DNA from: an uncultured Acidimicrobiaceae bacterium
GTDB taxonomy: Bacteria; Actinomycetota; Acidimicrobiia; Acidimicrobiales; RAAP-2
Reading direction: 5' to 3'
DNA: 64,000 nucleotides
Assembly (NCBI GenBank): GCA_963700135.1
Contig: CAVOWM010000010.1
Location: forward strand, 26,775 to 90,774
Made by a program: the position numbers and the translations under genes. The notes under the pieces were generated by a model, which did no database searches, was not told the origin of the DNA, and saw only the letters and a program-made list of their open reading frames with translations. Positions 39,367 to 50,387 of this stretch are shown here, one piece after another (position 1 is the stretch's first letter; every line of letters starts with the position of its first letter).

Positions 39367-40853
39367 TTCTTTCCTTTCGTTGCGTGTGGTTGGGGCGGCC
39401 AGTCGTTGATCGGATGGTCGTCCACCGACCAGAGGTACTGCACCGCGTACGCGCGCCACGGTCGCCAGGCCTGCGAGTGGTTCACCAACGCCGCGGGCGT
39501 GCCGGGGAGCCCTAGTCGTTCGGCCGCGTGTCGCACGCCGAGGTCGCTCTGTGGGAAGGCGTCGGGATCGCCGAGTGCGCGCATCGCGATCACCTGCGTG
39601 GTCCACGGTCCCACGCCGGCGATTCGCGACAGCTGGTCGACGCTCTTGTCACGGTCACAGCCCGGTCCCAGTTCGAGGTCGCCGCGTCGCAGGGCTCCCG
39701 CGAGCGCCGCGAACGTGTCGCGCCGCGCGGCCGGCATGGCGAGGTCCGCCTCGCCTAACTGCTCGGGCGTCGGGAAGAGGTGGGTGAGTGCGCCCCCCGG
39801 GTCGCTCAACGCGTCGCCGTGGCGCTGGACCAGGCGACCGGCGTGCGTCTGGGCCGCGGCCGTCGAGACCTGTTGTCCCAGCACGGCGCGCAGCGCCATC
39901 TCGGCGCCGTCGACGCATCGGGGCACCCGACGTCCCGGTGACTTGGCGACGAGGGGTGCGAGCGCGTCATCGAGACTCAACTGCCGATCGATCGCCACGG
40001 GATCGGCGTCCAGGTCGAGGAGCCAACGACTTCGCGCAATGGTGGTCGTCAGGTCGCGCAGGTCGCTCAACACGGCGCGACAGTTGATGTACTCAGGAGT
40101 CGGCGTGAGTTCGACGATGCCCGGACCGTGGTTCAGGCGAAGCGTCCGTCGGTAGGTCTTCCCGCGCACCTCTTCCACGCCGGGGACGGCCGTGGCGGCC
40201 AAATGACCGAACAGGTTGTCGGGGCACAGCGGCTGGCGAAACGCGAGGCGCAGCTGTATCGCGGTCACCGCGCCGGTGGCGTCACAGGGACCCTTCGCGC
40301 GAGCACGGAGCACGGTCGGCGATGAGGCGAACACGCTCTGCACGGTGTCGTTGAACTGACGGACGCTGGCGAAGCCCGCGGCGAAGGCCACGTCGGTCAT
40401 CGCCAGAGCGGTCGTCTCGATCAGTATTCGTGCCGTCTGGGCTCGTTGCGCTCGCGCGATGGCGATCGGCCCGGCCCCTATCTCGTGTTGCAGGACCCGC
40501 TCCAACTGACGCACGCTGTAGCCGACCTGATGGGCCAGTCCGTTGACACCTTCGCGGTCGACCAGTCCATCGGCGATCAGCCGCATGGCGCGAGCGGCCA
40601 CGTCGGCGCGCGAATTCCACTCGGGGGAGCCGGGTGATGCGTCGGGTCGGCAGCGCTTGCAGGCGCGAAAGCCCGCGAGCTGGGCCGCCGCCGCGGACGG
40701 ATAGAAGCGGACGTTCTTGCGCATCGGCGTCTGGGCGGGACAACTGGGACGACAGTAGACGTGCGTTGACGTGACGGCCGTATAGAACCAGCCGTCGAAG
40801 CGGGGGTCGCGCGAGTGCACCGCGAGATAACACCGCTCGAAGTCTTCGACCAT
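39363..40853 (-). CDS. Ada Zn-binding/AraC HTH fused to AlkA-type DNA-3-methyladenine glycosylase II
   Basis: CRPSCP...CKRCRP Ada metal site, an AraC HTH, and a C-terminal HhH-GPD region (GVGPWT). Confidence 0.88.
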   Translation of the reverse strand: MVEDFERCYLAVHSRDPRFDGWFYTAVTSTHVYCRPSCPAQTPMRKNVRFYPSAAAAQLAGFRACKRCRPDASPGSPEWNSRADVAARAMRLIADGLVDREGVNGLAHQVGYSVRQLERVLQHEIGAGPIAIARAQRAQTARILIETTALAMTDVAFAAGFASVRQFNDTVQSVFASSPTVLRARAKGPCDATGAVTAIQLRLAFRQPLCPDNLFGHLAATAVPGVEEVRGKTYRRTLRLNHGPGIVELTPTPEYINCRAVLSDLRDLTTTIARSRWLLDLDADPVAIDRQLSLDDALAPLVAKSPGRRVPRCVDGAEMALRAVLGQQVSTAAAQTHAGRLVQRHGDALSDPGGALTHLFPTPEQLGEADLAMPAARRDTFAALAGALRRGDLELGPGCDRDKSVDQLSRIAGVGPWTTQVIAMRALGDPDAFPQSDLGVRHAAERLGLPGTPAALVNHSQAWRPWRAYAVQYLWSVDDHPINDWPPQPHATKGKK

Positions 40854-40949
40854 GGCGTCGAACCTAGCGTCGTAGATGGACCTCCACTAGCGGAAATACG
40901 ACATCGCCATCGACGACAGTTCCGGGCCGACGGTGACGTCGAGAATCCG

Positions 40950-41411
40950 CTAGTCCGACGCCACCTCGATCGGCGCGTCGAAGGGCGCGTGGAACGTGAA
41001 GGCGTACGGCGACGGCCCACCTCGCGCCAGTGCCGCCAGGCGCGCGACCGCGTCGGATGGTTCGGGAGTGGTCCCGGCGCGGATCCACCACATCGCCGAT
41101 TGGACGCCCTCGAAGCGATCGGCCCACTCGCGACGCCGGCGCAGGACCTCCTTGTGATCGCTCTGGTACACGAACGCCTTGAGCGCTTCGATTGACTCCC
41201 ACACGCTCATGTTCAGCAGTATCTGGTCATCGGCGAAGACCCGGATGCTGGTCGCGTCGCCCTCGTCGGTCTTCAGGCGCCACACGAATCCCGGCGCCGC
41301 GTCCGCCACGGCGTTGATCGGATCGAGGGCTGCGACGAAGCCCGCCACCTCCGGCGCGTCGAGGGGTGCCTTCAACTTCACGACGTTGCACTGCGCGAGG
41401 TGGAACGGCAT
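40950..41411 (-). CDS. DUF3291-domain protein
   Basis: MPFHLAQCNVVKLKAPLD...GFVWRLK N-terminus is typical of the family. Confidence 0.7.
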   Translation of the reverse strand: MPFHLAQCNVVKLKAPLDAPEVAGFVAALDPINAVADAAPGFVWRLKTDEGDATSIRVFADDQILLNMSVWESIEALKAFVYQSDHKEVLRRRREWADRFEGVQSAMWWIRAGTTPEPSDAVARLAALARGGPSPYAFTFHAPFDAPIEVASD

Positions 41412-41527
41412 GGGGCGACACTACCGGCGACGGTCGCGACCCCGCGAGCGAAAGTGACAGCGGATAACTAGATTCGGACTGTTCGTCGCCGGCAGATCAC
41501 CGGGGACACGTAACGAAAGGGTGACGC

Positions 41528-41842
41528 ATGTCGAAGGCGTACGAAATCTCTATTTGGGAGCCGCACCCCGGGAAGTCCGAGGAGTTCATGGAGACGATCA
41601 AGAGCCTGACCAAGGCCTTCGTCGAGTCAGGCGTCTCGAAGGTGGACCTGCTCACGGGTGTCGCCGGCAAGGACGTCTTTCGTATCGTCGTGATCCAGCA
41701 CTTCAAGGGACTGGCCGACAACGGGTCCGTCAACGAGTCGATCGGCGACAGTCCGGCGATGAAGGCCTGGCGCGAGGCGCACCCGGGCGACTTCCCGGCG
41801 AAGCTGATCTCCCACGACCTGTACCAGTCGATCGACGACTGA
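41528..41842 (+). CDS. hypothetical small alpha/beta protein
   Basis: 104-aa ORF with acceptable codon bias. No family recognised. Confidence 0.5.
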   Translation: MSKAYEISIWEPHPGKSEEFMETIKSLTKAFVESGVSKVDLLTGVAGKDVFRIVVIQHFKGLADNGSVNESIGDSPAMKAWREAHPGDFPAKLISHDLYQSIDD

Positions 41843-41854
41843 CCATATCCTCTC

Positions 41855-42238
41855 GTGGCGCGAAAGGGATACGGGCTGAGTCTGGAGGCGATCTCGGAGT
41901 TCGCCGCGGGTCTCGCCGGCGTCGTCGAAGAACAGCCGTTCGGCCCGAGCGTCGACGTGCTCAAGGTCGGCGGCAAGATCTTCGCGATCCTGTCACCCGA
42001 GCGCGTGCCCGGGGCGATCTCGCTAAAGTGCGACCCCGATCTCGCGATCGAACTCCGTCTGCAGTTCGCGGCGGTGACACCCGGGTATCACCTCAACAAG
42101 CGACTGTGGAACACGGTGCAGCTGGACGGGACGATCCCTGACCACGAGATCGTGCAGATGGTCACGCACTCCTATCAACAAGTCGTCGCGGGACTTCCTA
42201 AATCGGTACGTCAGGAGCTGCTCGCCACCATCGAATGA
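41855..42238 (+). CDS. MmcQ/YjbR family DNA-binding protein
   Basis: KVGGKIFAIL ... HLNKRLWNTV pattern. Confidence 0.72.
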   Translation: MARKGYGLSLEAISEFAAGLAGVVEEQPFGPSVDVLKVGGKIFAILSPERVPGAISLKCDPDLAIELRLQFAAVTPGYHLNKRLWNTVQLDGTIPDHEIVQMVTHSYQQVVAGLPKSVRQELLATIE

Positions 42239-42277
42239 CGCGAGTCGGACATCTCTCCGCCCGCTCGTTAGGGTGAG

Positions 42278-42973
42278 GTGGTGTTCGAGCCCGGTCCGTT
42301 ACTCGCTGCGGGACGTGACGCGGACATCTTCGACTACGGCGCGACGCAGGTACTGCGTCGGTCGCGGCACCATCGATCGATGGTGCTCGAGGCGCGAACG
42401 ATGGACTACGTTCGCGCTCGGGGTTACCCGGTACCCCGGGTCGACGAGGTGAGTGCCGACGGGACCGAACTGGTCATGGAGCGGATCGACGGCGGCAACA
42501 TGGTCGAGGCCCTGACCGCGTCGCCGTGGAAGGCGAAGCGCCTCGGCCGGGTCCTCGCCGACCTCCATCGACAGCTGCACGAGTTGGCGGCGCCGGAGTG
42601 GCTCGCGCCGGCACCCGTTGGCCACGGCGATCGACTGCTGCACTTCGATCTCCATCCGCTGAACGTGATGATGTCGTCGCGGGGCCCGATCGTCATCGAT
42701 TGGGTCAACGCGGTTCGAGGCAATTCGAACACCGACGTGGCGCTCACCTGGGCCCTGATCTCAGCGGGAGAGGTCCCGCGTCGCGGCGTCAAGGGGGCGC
42801 TCGTCGGCCTCACTCGTTCACAACTGATCCGAGGATTCATCGGCGACTACGACACCGACGCCATCGCCGCAGAGATAGGCGCCGTCGTGGAGTGGAAGTC
42901 GAAGGACCCCAATCTGAGCGAATCCGAGATCGCGACCGCGCGCGACTTCGCTCGACGCGTCCGCCCGAACTGA
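42278..42973 (+). CDS. phosphotransferase (APH/choline-kinase fold)
   Basis: LLHFDLHPLNVM catalytic loop and IDW motif. Confidence 0.75.
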   Translation: MVFEPGPLLAAGRDADIFDYGATQVLRRSRHHRSMVLEARTMDYVRARGYPVPRVDEVSADGTELVMERIDGGNMVEALTASPWKAKRLGRVLADLHRQLHELAAPEWLAPAPVGHGDRLLHFDLHPLNVMMSSRGPIVIDWVNAVRGNSNTDVALTWALISAGEVPRRGVKGALVGLTRSQLIRGFIGDYDTDAIAAEIGAVVEWKSKDPNLSESEIATARDFARRVRPN

Positions 42974-43058
42974 GGCGTTCCGCGCGTCCGGCGACGACGC
43001 GTCCGAATCCGGGATTCGTACTTGCGCGCCACGTCGTTGGGCGATAATATACAACCAT

Positions 43059-43403
43059 ATGGTTGTACGTAAACTCGAAAACCCTGAAGTGGACCGGATT
43101 TTCCGTGCGCTGGCCGACGCCACGCGCCGCGACATTTTCGGGCGCGTCATCAACGAGGGACTCTCGGTCTCATCCTTGGCGCACGACTACGAGATGAGTT
43201 TCGCCGCGGTGCAAAAGCACGTGACGGTCCTCGAACGAGCGACACTCGTCACGAAGGTACGCCACGGTCGAGAGCAGATCGTGCACGGCAACGTCGCGAC
43301 CCTTCGTCGTGTGGAGGCGCTGCTCGAGGCGTTCGAGCAGATCTGGATCGGTAGGGCAACACGGATCGCCGAGATCCTCGGCGAGGAAGGAAGTGCAACA
43401 TGA
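43059..43403 (+). CDS. ArsR/SmtB family transcriptional regulator
   Basis: ALADATRRDIF...SVSSLA...MSFAAVQKHVTVLERA wHTH. Confidence 0.85.
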   Translation: MVVRKLENPEVDRIFRALADATRRDIFGRVINEGLSVSSLAHDYEMSFAAVQKHVTVLERATLVTKVRHGREQIVHGNVATLRRVEALLEAFEQIWIGRATRIAEILGEEGSAT

Positions 43404-43894
43404 CAGTCATCTCATCGGTCACCGACCCTGAGCGGTTGTCCCTGACGGTCGTCGCGGAGTTCGCGGCCCGTCCGGACCGGGTGTGGGGGGTGTGGGAAGA
43501 CCCCCGACAGCTCGAGCGATGGTGGGGGCCGCCCACCTATCCGGCGACGTTCACGCGCCACGACTTCGCCGTCGGCGGCGAGTCGCGCTATCACATGACG
43601 GGACCGCAGGGCGACACGCCGCACGGCTACTGGCGCATGTTCACGATCGACGAGCCGCGTTCCCTCGAATTCGCGAACGGTCTCGCCGGCGAGGACGGAG
43701 AGCCGATGGCCGACCTCGAGCCCATGGGTGCGCACGTCACCTTCGAAGCGAACGGCGACGGCACCCGGATGACCGTGGTGAGCAGGTTCGTCGACGCGGC
43801 ACAGATGAAGACGATGCTGGACATGGGCATGGCTGAGGGCATGACGCAGGCGGTCACCCAGATCGACGAGGTGCTGTCCTCGAAGGTCGCCTGA
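43400..43894 (+). CDS. SRPBCC (AHSA1/Aha1-like) protein
   Basis: RVWGVWEDPRQLERWWGP motif. ATGA overlap with the arsR-like gene. Confidence 0.85.
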   Translation: MTVISSVTDPERLSLTVVAEFAARPDRVWGVWEDPRQLERWWGPPTYPATFTRHDFAVGGESRYHMTGPQGDTPHGYWRMFTIDEPRSLEFANGLAGEDGEPMADLEPMGAHVTFEANGDGTRMTVVSRFVDAAQMKTMLDMGMAEGMTQAVTQIDEVLSSKVA

Positions 43895-43985
43895 GCTCGT
43901 GACCGATCCGCCGTGACCTGATCGGCGAATCCCCACTCGTACACTTGGGGTCGTTGTTTCATTCGAACGGACACGGAAAGGCACG

Positions 43986-44870
43986 ATGGCCCTCGCGCAC
44001 AACGGCTCGGTCGAGATCTACTACGAGACGTTCGGCGATCCGTCGGACCCGGCCCTACTCCTCATCAACGGGCTGGGAAGCCAGTGCATCAACTTCGACG
44101 TCGAGTTCTGCGAACTGTTCGTCGCCCGAAGCTTCTTCGTCATCCGCTTCGACAACCGCGACGTGGGACTCTCGACGAAGTTCAACCTGGTCCTGCCGGA
44201 TCTCTTCGCGGTGCTCGAGGCGGTGAGGGACGGACTCGAGCCGAAGGTGGCGTATCGAATCTCCGACATGGCCCGCGACGCCCTCGCGGTCCTCGACGCG
44301 CTCGACGTCGACCGTGCGCACGTCGCGGGATGGTCGATCGGCGGCATGATCGCGCAACAGCTCGCCATCGATCATCCGGAGCGTCTCTTGTCGATGACCT
44401 CCAACATGTCGACCACGGGCGACCCCGACGTCGGACAGGCGTCGGCCGAAGCGCTCGAGATCATCTTGGGTCCCAGCGACATCGATCGGGCGTCGATCAT
44501 TCAACGACGATTGGACCTCGAGCGGGTGATCGGCAGTCGGGCCCACTTCGACGCCGAACGAGTCGCCCAGCAGACGGGGGACGCGTACGACCGCTGCTTC
44601 AACCTCGCTGGCGTCGCGCGCCAACTGTGCGCCGCCGTGGCCAGCGGAAGTCGAACCGCGCGACTGCACAACGTCACGACCCCCACGCTCGTGATGCACG
44701 GCGACGTCGACCACCTCATCGACATCAGCGGCGGCGTGCGAACCGCCGAAAGCATCCCGGGTGCCCGGTTCGTGGTCCTCGAAGGAATGGGACACGACCT
44801 CAGCCTCTTCTACTGGAATCAGTTGGTGGATGAGATCTCGAACCACGCACACGGTGCCACGTCGTTGTAG
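43986..44870 (+). CDS. alpha/beta hydrolase
   Basis: GWSIGG nucleophile elbow, and a C-terminal MGHD region (MGHDL) that may hold the catalytic His. Confidence 0.85.
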   Translation: MALAHNGSVEIYYETFGDPSDPALLLINGLGSQCINFDVEFCELFVARSFFVIRFDNRDVGLSTKFNLVLPDLFAVLEAVRDGLEPKVAYRISDMARDALAVLDALDVDRAHVAGWSIGGMIAQQLAIDHPERLLSMTSNMSTTGDPDVGQASAEALEIILGPSDIDRASIIQRRLDLERVIGSRAHFDAERVAQQTGDAYDRCFNLAGVARQLCAAVASGSRTARLHNVTTPTLVMHGDVDHLIDISGGVRTAESIPGARFVVLEGMGHDLSLFYWNQLVDEISNHAHGATSL

Positions 44871-44894
44871 GCGACTGACCGATACGGTGGTGCC

Positions 44895-45545
44895 ATGAAG
44901 TGGTCACTGAGGTCGTGGTTGACGGTCGTGTCAGTGGTCTGTCTTTCACTCGTGCCGCCGGCGTTGGCGACGTCCGCGAGTGGCACCTCGACGCACGCGA
45001 GTTGTCGTGTCCCACGTATGACCGGATTGACGGTGAAGGGGGCACGGAGCCGGGCCGCGGTAGCGGGCTGTACGCTGCGACTCATCGGCGCCACGGTGAC
45101 GATGCCGACGGTCCAGACGATTCACACGCAGAGCGTTCGACCCGGTCGGCGGGCCCGGGTCGTCGTCGACCGGGTCAATCCGGTGTGTCCGGGCTCGGCG
45201 GCGCTGGGACCACCTCCCGGAGAGCCCTTACTGAAGCCGGGACCGACCGAACTGATCGCCGGACTCTTCGGTGAAGGGGGTCCGTTGCTCTTTCGTTCGG
45301 CGCCGAACTGCAAGAATCTGGTGGGAACGTCGAGCCCGGGGACCATCACGGTCGTGAACGCCGAGGGGACCGTGGTCGTCAACAAGATGGCGCTCGCCAC
45401 CGGTCAGTTGCTGCACGCCGACGTGCCGGCTGGCACGTACACGCTCACGGGCGTCCTCAAGGGTGGCACGAAGGTCGGTCCCCTCACCGTGAAGGTCCCG
45501 TCGGGTGAGATCGTCCGTCAAGACTTGGTGATCGACTTTCCATGA
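44895..45545 (+). CDS. secreted hypothetical protein (PASTA-like segment plus beta-sandwich-like C-terminus)
   Basis: Signal peptide (LTVVSVVCLSLVPPALA). VPRMTGLTVKGARSRAAVAGC resembles a PASTA unit. Confidence 0.55.
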   Translation: MKWSLRSWLTVVSVVCLSLVPPALATSASGTSTHASCRVPRMTGLTVKGARSRAAVAGCTLRLIGATVTMPTVQTIHTQSVRPGRRARVVVDRVNPVCPGSAALGPPPGEPLLKPGPTELIAGLFGEGGPLLFRSAPNCKNLVGTSSPGTITVVNAEGTVVVNKMALATGQLLHADVPAGTYTLTGVLKGGTKVGPLTVKVPSGEIVRQDLVIDFP

Positions 45546-45619
45546 GGCGACCGAGCTCGAGGGCCGGTCTCACGCACGATCCGCTCCGTCGTCGTCGTGA
45601 ACGTGGTGGGGCGTCGTAG

Positions 45620-46693
<1,074 letters not shown>

Positions 46694-46696
46694 CGG

Positions 46697-49039
46697 CTAG
46701 GCCGCCGCGGAGTACGAGTCCTTCCCGGTGTCGAACGCCGGACCCAACACGTCGGCGATCGTGCCGGCGAGGTGGAAGGTCATGGCGTCGCGGACCTCTT
46801 CGGGAACGTCTTCGAGGTCCGGTCCGTTGCGCTCCGGCAAGATGACTTCCGTGAGTCCCGCGCGGTGCGCCGCCAGGACCTTCTGCTTGACCCCACCGAT
46901 GGGGAGCACCCGACCCTGGAGCGTCACCTCACCGGTCATGCCGACGATCGAGCGCACCGGTTCGTCGCGCAGCAGACTCACGAGGGCCGTGGTCAGGGTG
47001 ACACCGGCCGACGGCCCGTCCTTGGGCACCGCACCGGCGGGCACGTGGAAGTGGAACCGTTTGCCGGTGAAGAGCGCCGGGTCGATGCCCAGTGCCGCGG
47101 CGTGACTGCGCACGTAGGACATCGCGATCTCCGCCGACTCCTTCATGACGTCGCCCAACTGTCCCGTGAGCGTCAGTCCTTCCGGGCCTTCGGACACGCT
47201 CGCCTCGACGAAGAGGACGTCGCCGCCGGCGCCGGTGACGGCGAGTCCGGTCGCGACGCCCGGCACGCTCGTGCGATCGGCCGATTCGAAGTAGAAGTGG
47301 GGACGTCCGAGCCAACCGCGCACCTCGTCCGCCGTGACGGCGATCGGGGCCTCGCGTTCGCCGGCGGCCAGTTTCGTGGCGGCCTTCCGCAGTAGTCGTC
47401 CGATCTCTCGTTCCAGGTTTCGCACGCCGGCTTCGCGCGTGTAGTCCGAGACGATGACGCGAAGGGCGTCGTCGTCGATGGTGACCTCGTCCTCGCGCAG
47501 CGCCGCCCGGGCGAGTTGACGACCGAGCAGGTGGTGACGCGCGATCGAGATCTTCTCGGTCTCGGTGTAGCCGTCGAGTCTGATCACTTCCATGCGATCG
47601 AGCAGTGGCCCCGGGATCGTGTCGACGACGTTGGCCGTGGCCACGAACATCACCCGCGAGAGGTCGAGGTCGACTTCGAGGTAGTGATCGCGGAAGGTGT
47701 GGTTCTGGGCCGGGTCGAGGACCTCCAAGAGCGCCGAGGACGGGTCGCCCCGGTAGTCCGAACCCAATTTGTCCACCTCGTCGAGGACGATGACCGGGTT
47801 CATGGTGCCGGCCTCGCGCAACGCGCGCACGAGCCGTCCCGGCTGGGCGCCGACGTAGGTGCGACGGTGTCCCCGGATCTCCGCCTCGTCGCGGACGCCA
47901 CCGAGCGCGACGCGCACGTACTTGCGCTCGAGCGCGTTGGCGATGGACTGGCCGAGTGAGGTCTTGCCGACACCGGGCGGACCGACGAGCGCCAAGATGG
48001 CGCCCGAGCCGCGCCCGTCGACCGGCGCCAGACCCCGTTCCGCTTGCAACTTGCGCACCGCGAGGTGCTCGAGGATGCGGTCCTTCACGTCTTCGAGTCC
48101 GTCGTGATCGGCGTCCAGGATCCGCTGCGCTTCGGTGATGTCCAGGCGGTCTTCGGACTCGACGCCCCACGGGACTTCCAGGATCGTGTCGAGCCACGTG
48201 CGGATCCAGCCGGTCTCGGGGCTCTGGTCACTGGTGCGCTCCAATTTGTCGATCTCGCGCAGGACGGCCTTTTCGACGTGCTCGGGAAGGTCGCGATCGG
48301 CGATCTTCGCGCGGTAGTCGTCGGGGTCGACGTCGTCGCTGTCGCCGAGCTGTCCCAGTTCCTTCTTGATGGCGTCGAGTTGTCGGCGAAGGAGGAACTC
48401 ACGTTGTGTCTTCTCCATACCCTCTTCGACGTCGCTCTTGATGCGGTCGCGCAACGTCAGGTCCGCCAACACGTCGCGGGCCCAGCCGAGCACGAGCCGC
48501 AGTCGGGCTTCGACGTCGATGGTCTCGAGGACCTCGACCTTTTGGGCGAGCGTGAGGTCGGGGGAGTAGCCGGCGACGTCGGCGAGACGTCCCGGTTCGT
48601 GGATCTCGCGCAGTTGCGCCGCGATCTGGCGCGCGCCGCGACTGAGCAGGATGTTCTCCAGCACCGCGCGATACTCGCGAGCGAGTTCGATGACGTCGGG
48701 TGTCGCTTCGGCGTCACGCAGTGGTTCGGCTTCGACCCACAACGCGTCGCCGGTGCCGGGAACGCCGGTGCCGATCGTGGCGCGCTGGTCGCCCCGGATG
48801 GCGATCGCTTCGAGGCCACCGGGCAGCGAACCCTCCTCCATCACCTCGGCGATGACGCCGACGCTCGCGTAGCGACCTTCGATGTGGGGCACCAGGAGGA
48901 GACGGCCACCGGCCGAGCGTGCGGCCTCGACGGCGACGCGGGCCTCGTCGGACTCGAGGGCCATGGTGAACATCATGCCCGGCAAGATAACGCCGGACTT
49001 CAGTGGCAGCAGCGGCAGGGTGACTGTCTCAATCGTCAT
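46697..49039 (-). CDS. lon: ATP-dependent Lon protease
   Basis: LON N-domain, Walker A GPPGVGKTS, proteolytic PKDGPSAG. ATG at 49039; the upstream part of the track ORF is non-coding-like. Confidence 0.95.
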   Translation of the reverse strand: MTIETVTLPLLPLKSGVILPGMMFTMALESDEARVAVEAARSAGGRLLLVPHIEGRYASVGVIAEVMEEGSLPGGLEAIAIRGDQRATIGTGVPGTGDALWVEAEPLRDAEATPDVIELAREYRAVLENILLSRGARQIAAQLREIHEPGRLADVAGYSPDLTLAQKVEVLETIDVEARLRLVLGWARDVLADLTLRDRIKSDVEEGMEKTQREFLLRRQLDAIKKELGQLGDSDDVDPDDYRAKIADRDLPEHVEKAVLREIDKLERTSDQSPETGWIRTWLDTILEVPWGVESEDRLDITEAQRILDADHDGLEDVKDRILEHLAVRKLQAERGLAPVDGRGSGAILALVGPPGVGKTSLGQSIANALERKYVRVALGGVRDEAEIRGHRRTYVGAQPGRLVRALREAGTMNPVIVLDEVDKLGSDYRGDPSSALLEVLDPAQNHTFRDHYLEVDLDLSRVMFVATANVVDTIPGPLLDRMEVIRLDGYTETEKISIARHHLLGRQLARAALREDEVTIDDDALRVIVSDYTREAGVRNLEREIGRLLRKAATKLAAGEREAPIAVTADEVRGWLGRPHFYFESADRTSVPGVATGLAVTGAGGDVLFVEASVSEGPEGLTLTGQLGDVMKESAEIAMSYVRSHAAALGIDPALFTGKRFHFHVPAGAVPKDGPSAGVTLTTALVSLLRDEPVRSIVGMTGEVTLQGRVLPIGGVKQKVLAAHRAGLTEVILPERNGPDLEDVPEEVRDAMTFHLAGTIADVLGPAFDTGKDSYSAAA

Positions 49040-49184
49040 TGCAATGTCCTTTCCAGTGATCGAATTCACCTGATTGACACTGGTGACGCCAGGCAAACTC
49101 CTTCCCATCCGGACACCCAAAGGGTCCGAGACCGAAAGTCGAATCGAAGTTCGAGACGTCGAGCATAAAGGTCGATTACGAGAA

Positions 49185-49211
49185 TCTGGCACTCTCGATG
49201 GGAGAGTGCCA
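49185..49211. promoter_or_regulatory. CIRCE-like inverted repeat (HrcA operator type)
   Basis: Minus strand reads TTGGCACTC-N9-GAGTGCCAG, against consensus TTAGCACTC-N9-GAGTGCTAA. About 150 nt upstream of the lon ATG and about 100 nt upstream of the peroxiredoxin ATG. Confidence 0.6.
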
Positions 49212-49309
49212 ACGGTCCGAGTCGGCCGGTGCCCCTCCTGATGAGGAGCCCTATACTCACCCTGAAACCGCTGAGGCACAAGGAGTTTCCGTCAAGGAGA
49301 GGAGTGCGC

Positions 49310-49765
49310 ATGGCGTTGGAGGTGGGGGCAGTCGCGCCGGAGTTCGCCCTTCTGGCGACCCCGGATCAGCGGGTCTCGCGCTCGGAGTTCCATGGTCCGG
49401 TGGTTCTGATCTTCTATCCGGCGGACTGGAGTCCCGTGTGCAGTGACGAGCTCTCGGTCTTCAGCGCGGCGAGCCGGATGTTCCAGGCTCGGGGCGCGCA
49501 ACTGCTGGGGATCTCCGTCGACGGACCGTGGTGCCACGAGGCGTTCAAGGAACAGCGCAACATCGGGTTCCCGCTGCTCGCGGACCACAACCCCAAGGGC
49601 GCAGTCGCCAGGGCCTACGACGTGTACCGCTCCGACGACGACACGTCCGAGCGCGCCCTGTTCGTCATCGACGCAGACGGCACGGTCGTGTGGAGTGAGG
49701 TCTCGCCCGTCGGCGTCAATCCCGGGGCCGACGGTGCCCTGCGAGCGGTGGAGGCGTTGTCATGA
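49310..49765 (+). CDS. peroxiredoxin (AhpC/TSA family)
   Basis: VLIFYPADWSPVCSDEL peroxidatic Cys motif. Confidence 0.88.
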   Translation: MALEVGAVAPEFALLATPDQRVSRSEFHGPVVLIFYPADWSPVCSDELSVFSAASRMFQARGAQLLGISVDGPWCHEAFKEQRNIGFPLLADHNPKGAVARAYDVYRSDDDTSERALFVIDADGTVVWSEVSPVGVNPGADGALRAVEALS

Positions 49766-50301
49766 GCGAGCGTGCCCAACTATCGATCCCCGTCGGACCC
49801 GACGACCACTCGCGAGGTCCCCTCGACGCGAAACTCACCGTGGTCGAATACGGCGACTATCAGTGTCCCTACTGTGGCCAGGCCTATCCGATCGTGGAAC
49901 GGTTGCGTGATCGCTTCGCCGACTCGCTCCGACTCGTCTTTCGCAACCTCCCACTCGCCGACGTGCACCCGCACGCCGAGGCGGCGGCCGAGATGGCCGA
50001 AGCCGTGGCGTTGCAGGGGAAGTTCTGGGAGATCCACGACGCCCTCTACGAGAATCAACGCGACCTCTCGGACGCGGCCCTGCGTCGCTACGCGCAAGGC
50101 GTCGGCGCCGACGTGGACGAGGCGACGGCGGCCATCGCCGAGGGCGGTCCCGGCCAACGGGTCGAAGACGACTTCGAAGGCGCGATACGAAGTGGCGCCA
50201 ACGGCACGCCGACGTTCTTCGTGAACGGTGTGCGCTACGACGGCTCGTGGCTCTTCGAACCGTTCGCGGCCTACCTCGAGCAGGTGCTCGACGACCAGTA
50301 G
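49762..50301 (+). CDS. DsbA-family thioredoxin-fold protein
   Basis: DYQCPYCG active site. ATGA overlap with the peroxiredoxin gene. Confidence 0.85.
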   Translation: MSERAQLSIPVGPDDHSRGPLDAKLTVVEYGDYQCPYCGQAYPIVERLRDRFADSLRLVFRNLPLADVHPHAEAAAEMAEAVALQGKFWEIHDALYENQRDLSDAALRRYAQGVGADVDEATAAIAEGGPGQRVEDDFEGAIRSGANGTPTFFVNGVRYDGSWLFEPFAAYLEQVLDDQ

Positions 50302-50387
50302 TCGACGGACAGGGACCGACGTCCCTGGTCCGCTCGCGCCGGAGGCCGCCCTTGACTTATATATGCCTCACGAGGCATACTTAGGTC

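Noticed and set aside
49040-49310. HAIR (HspR) operator upstream of lon
   Set aside because: No CTTGAGT-N7-ACTCAAG-like sequence found by eye. Only the CIRCE-like palindrome is present.
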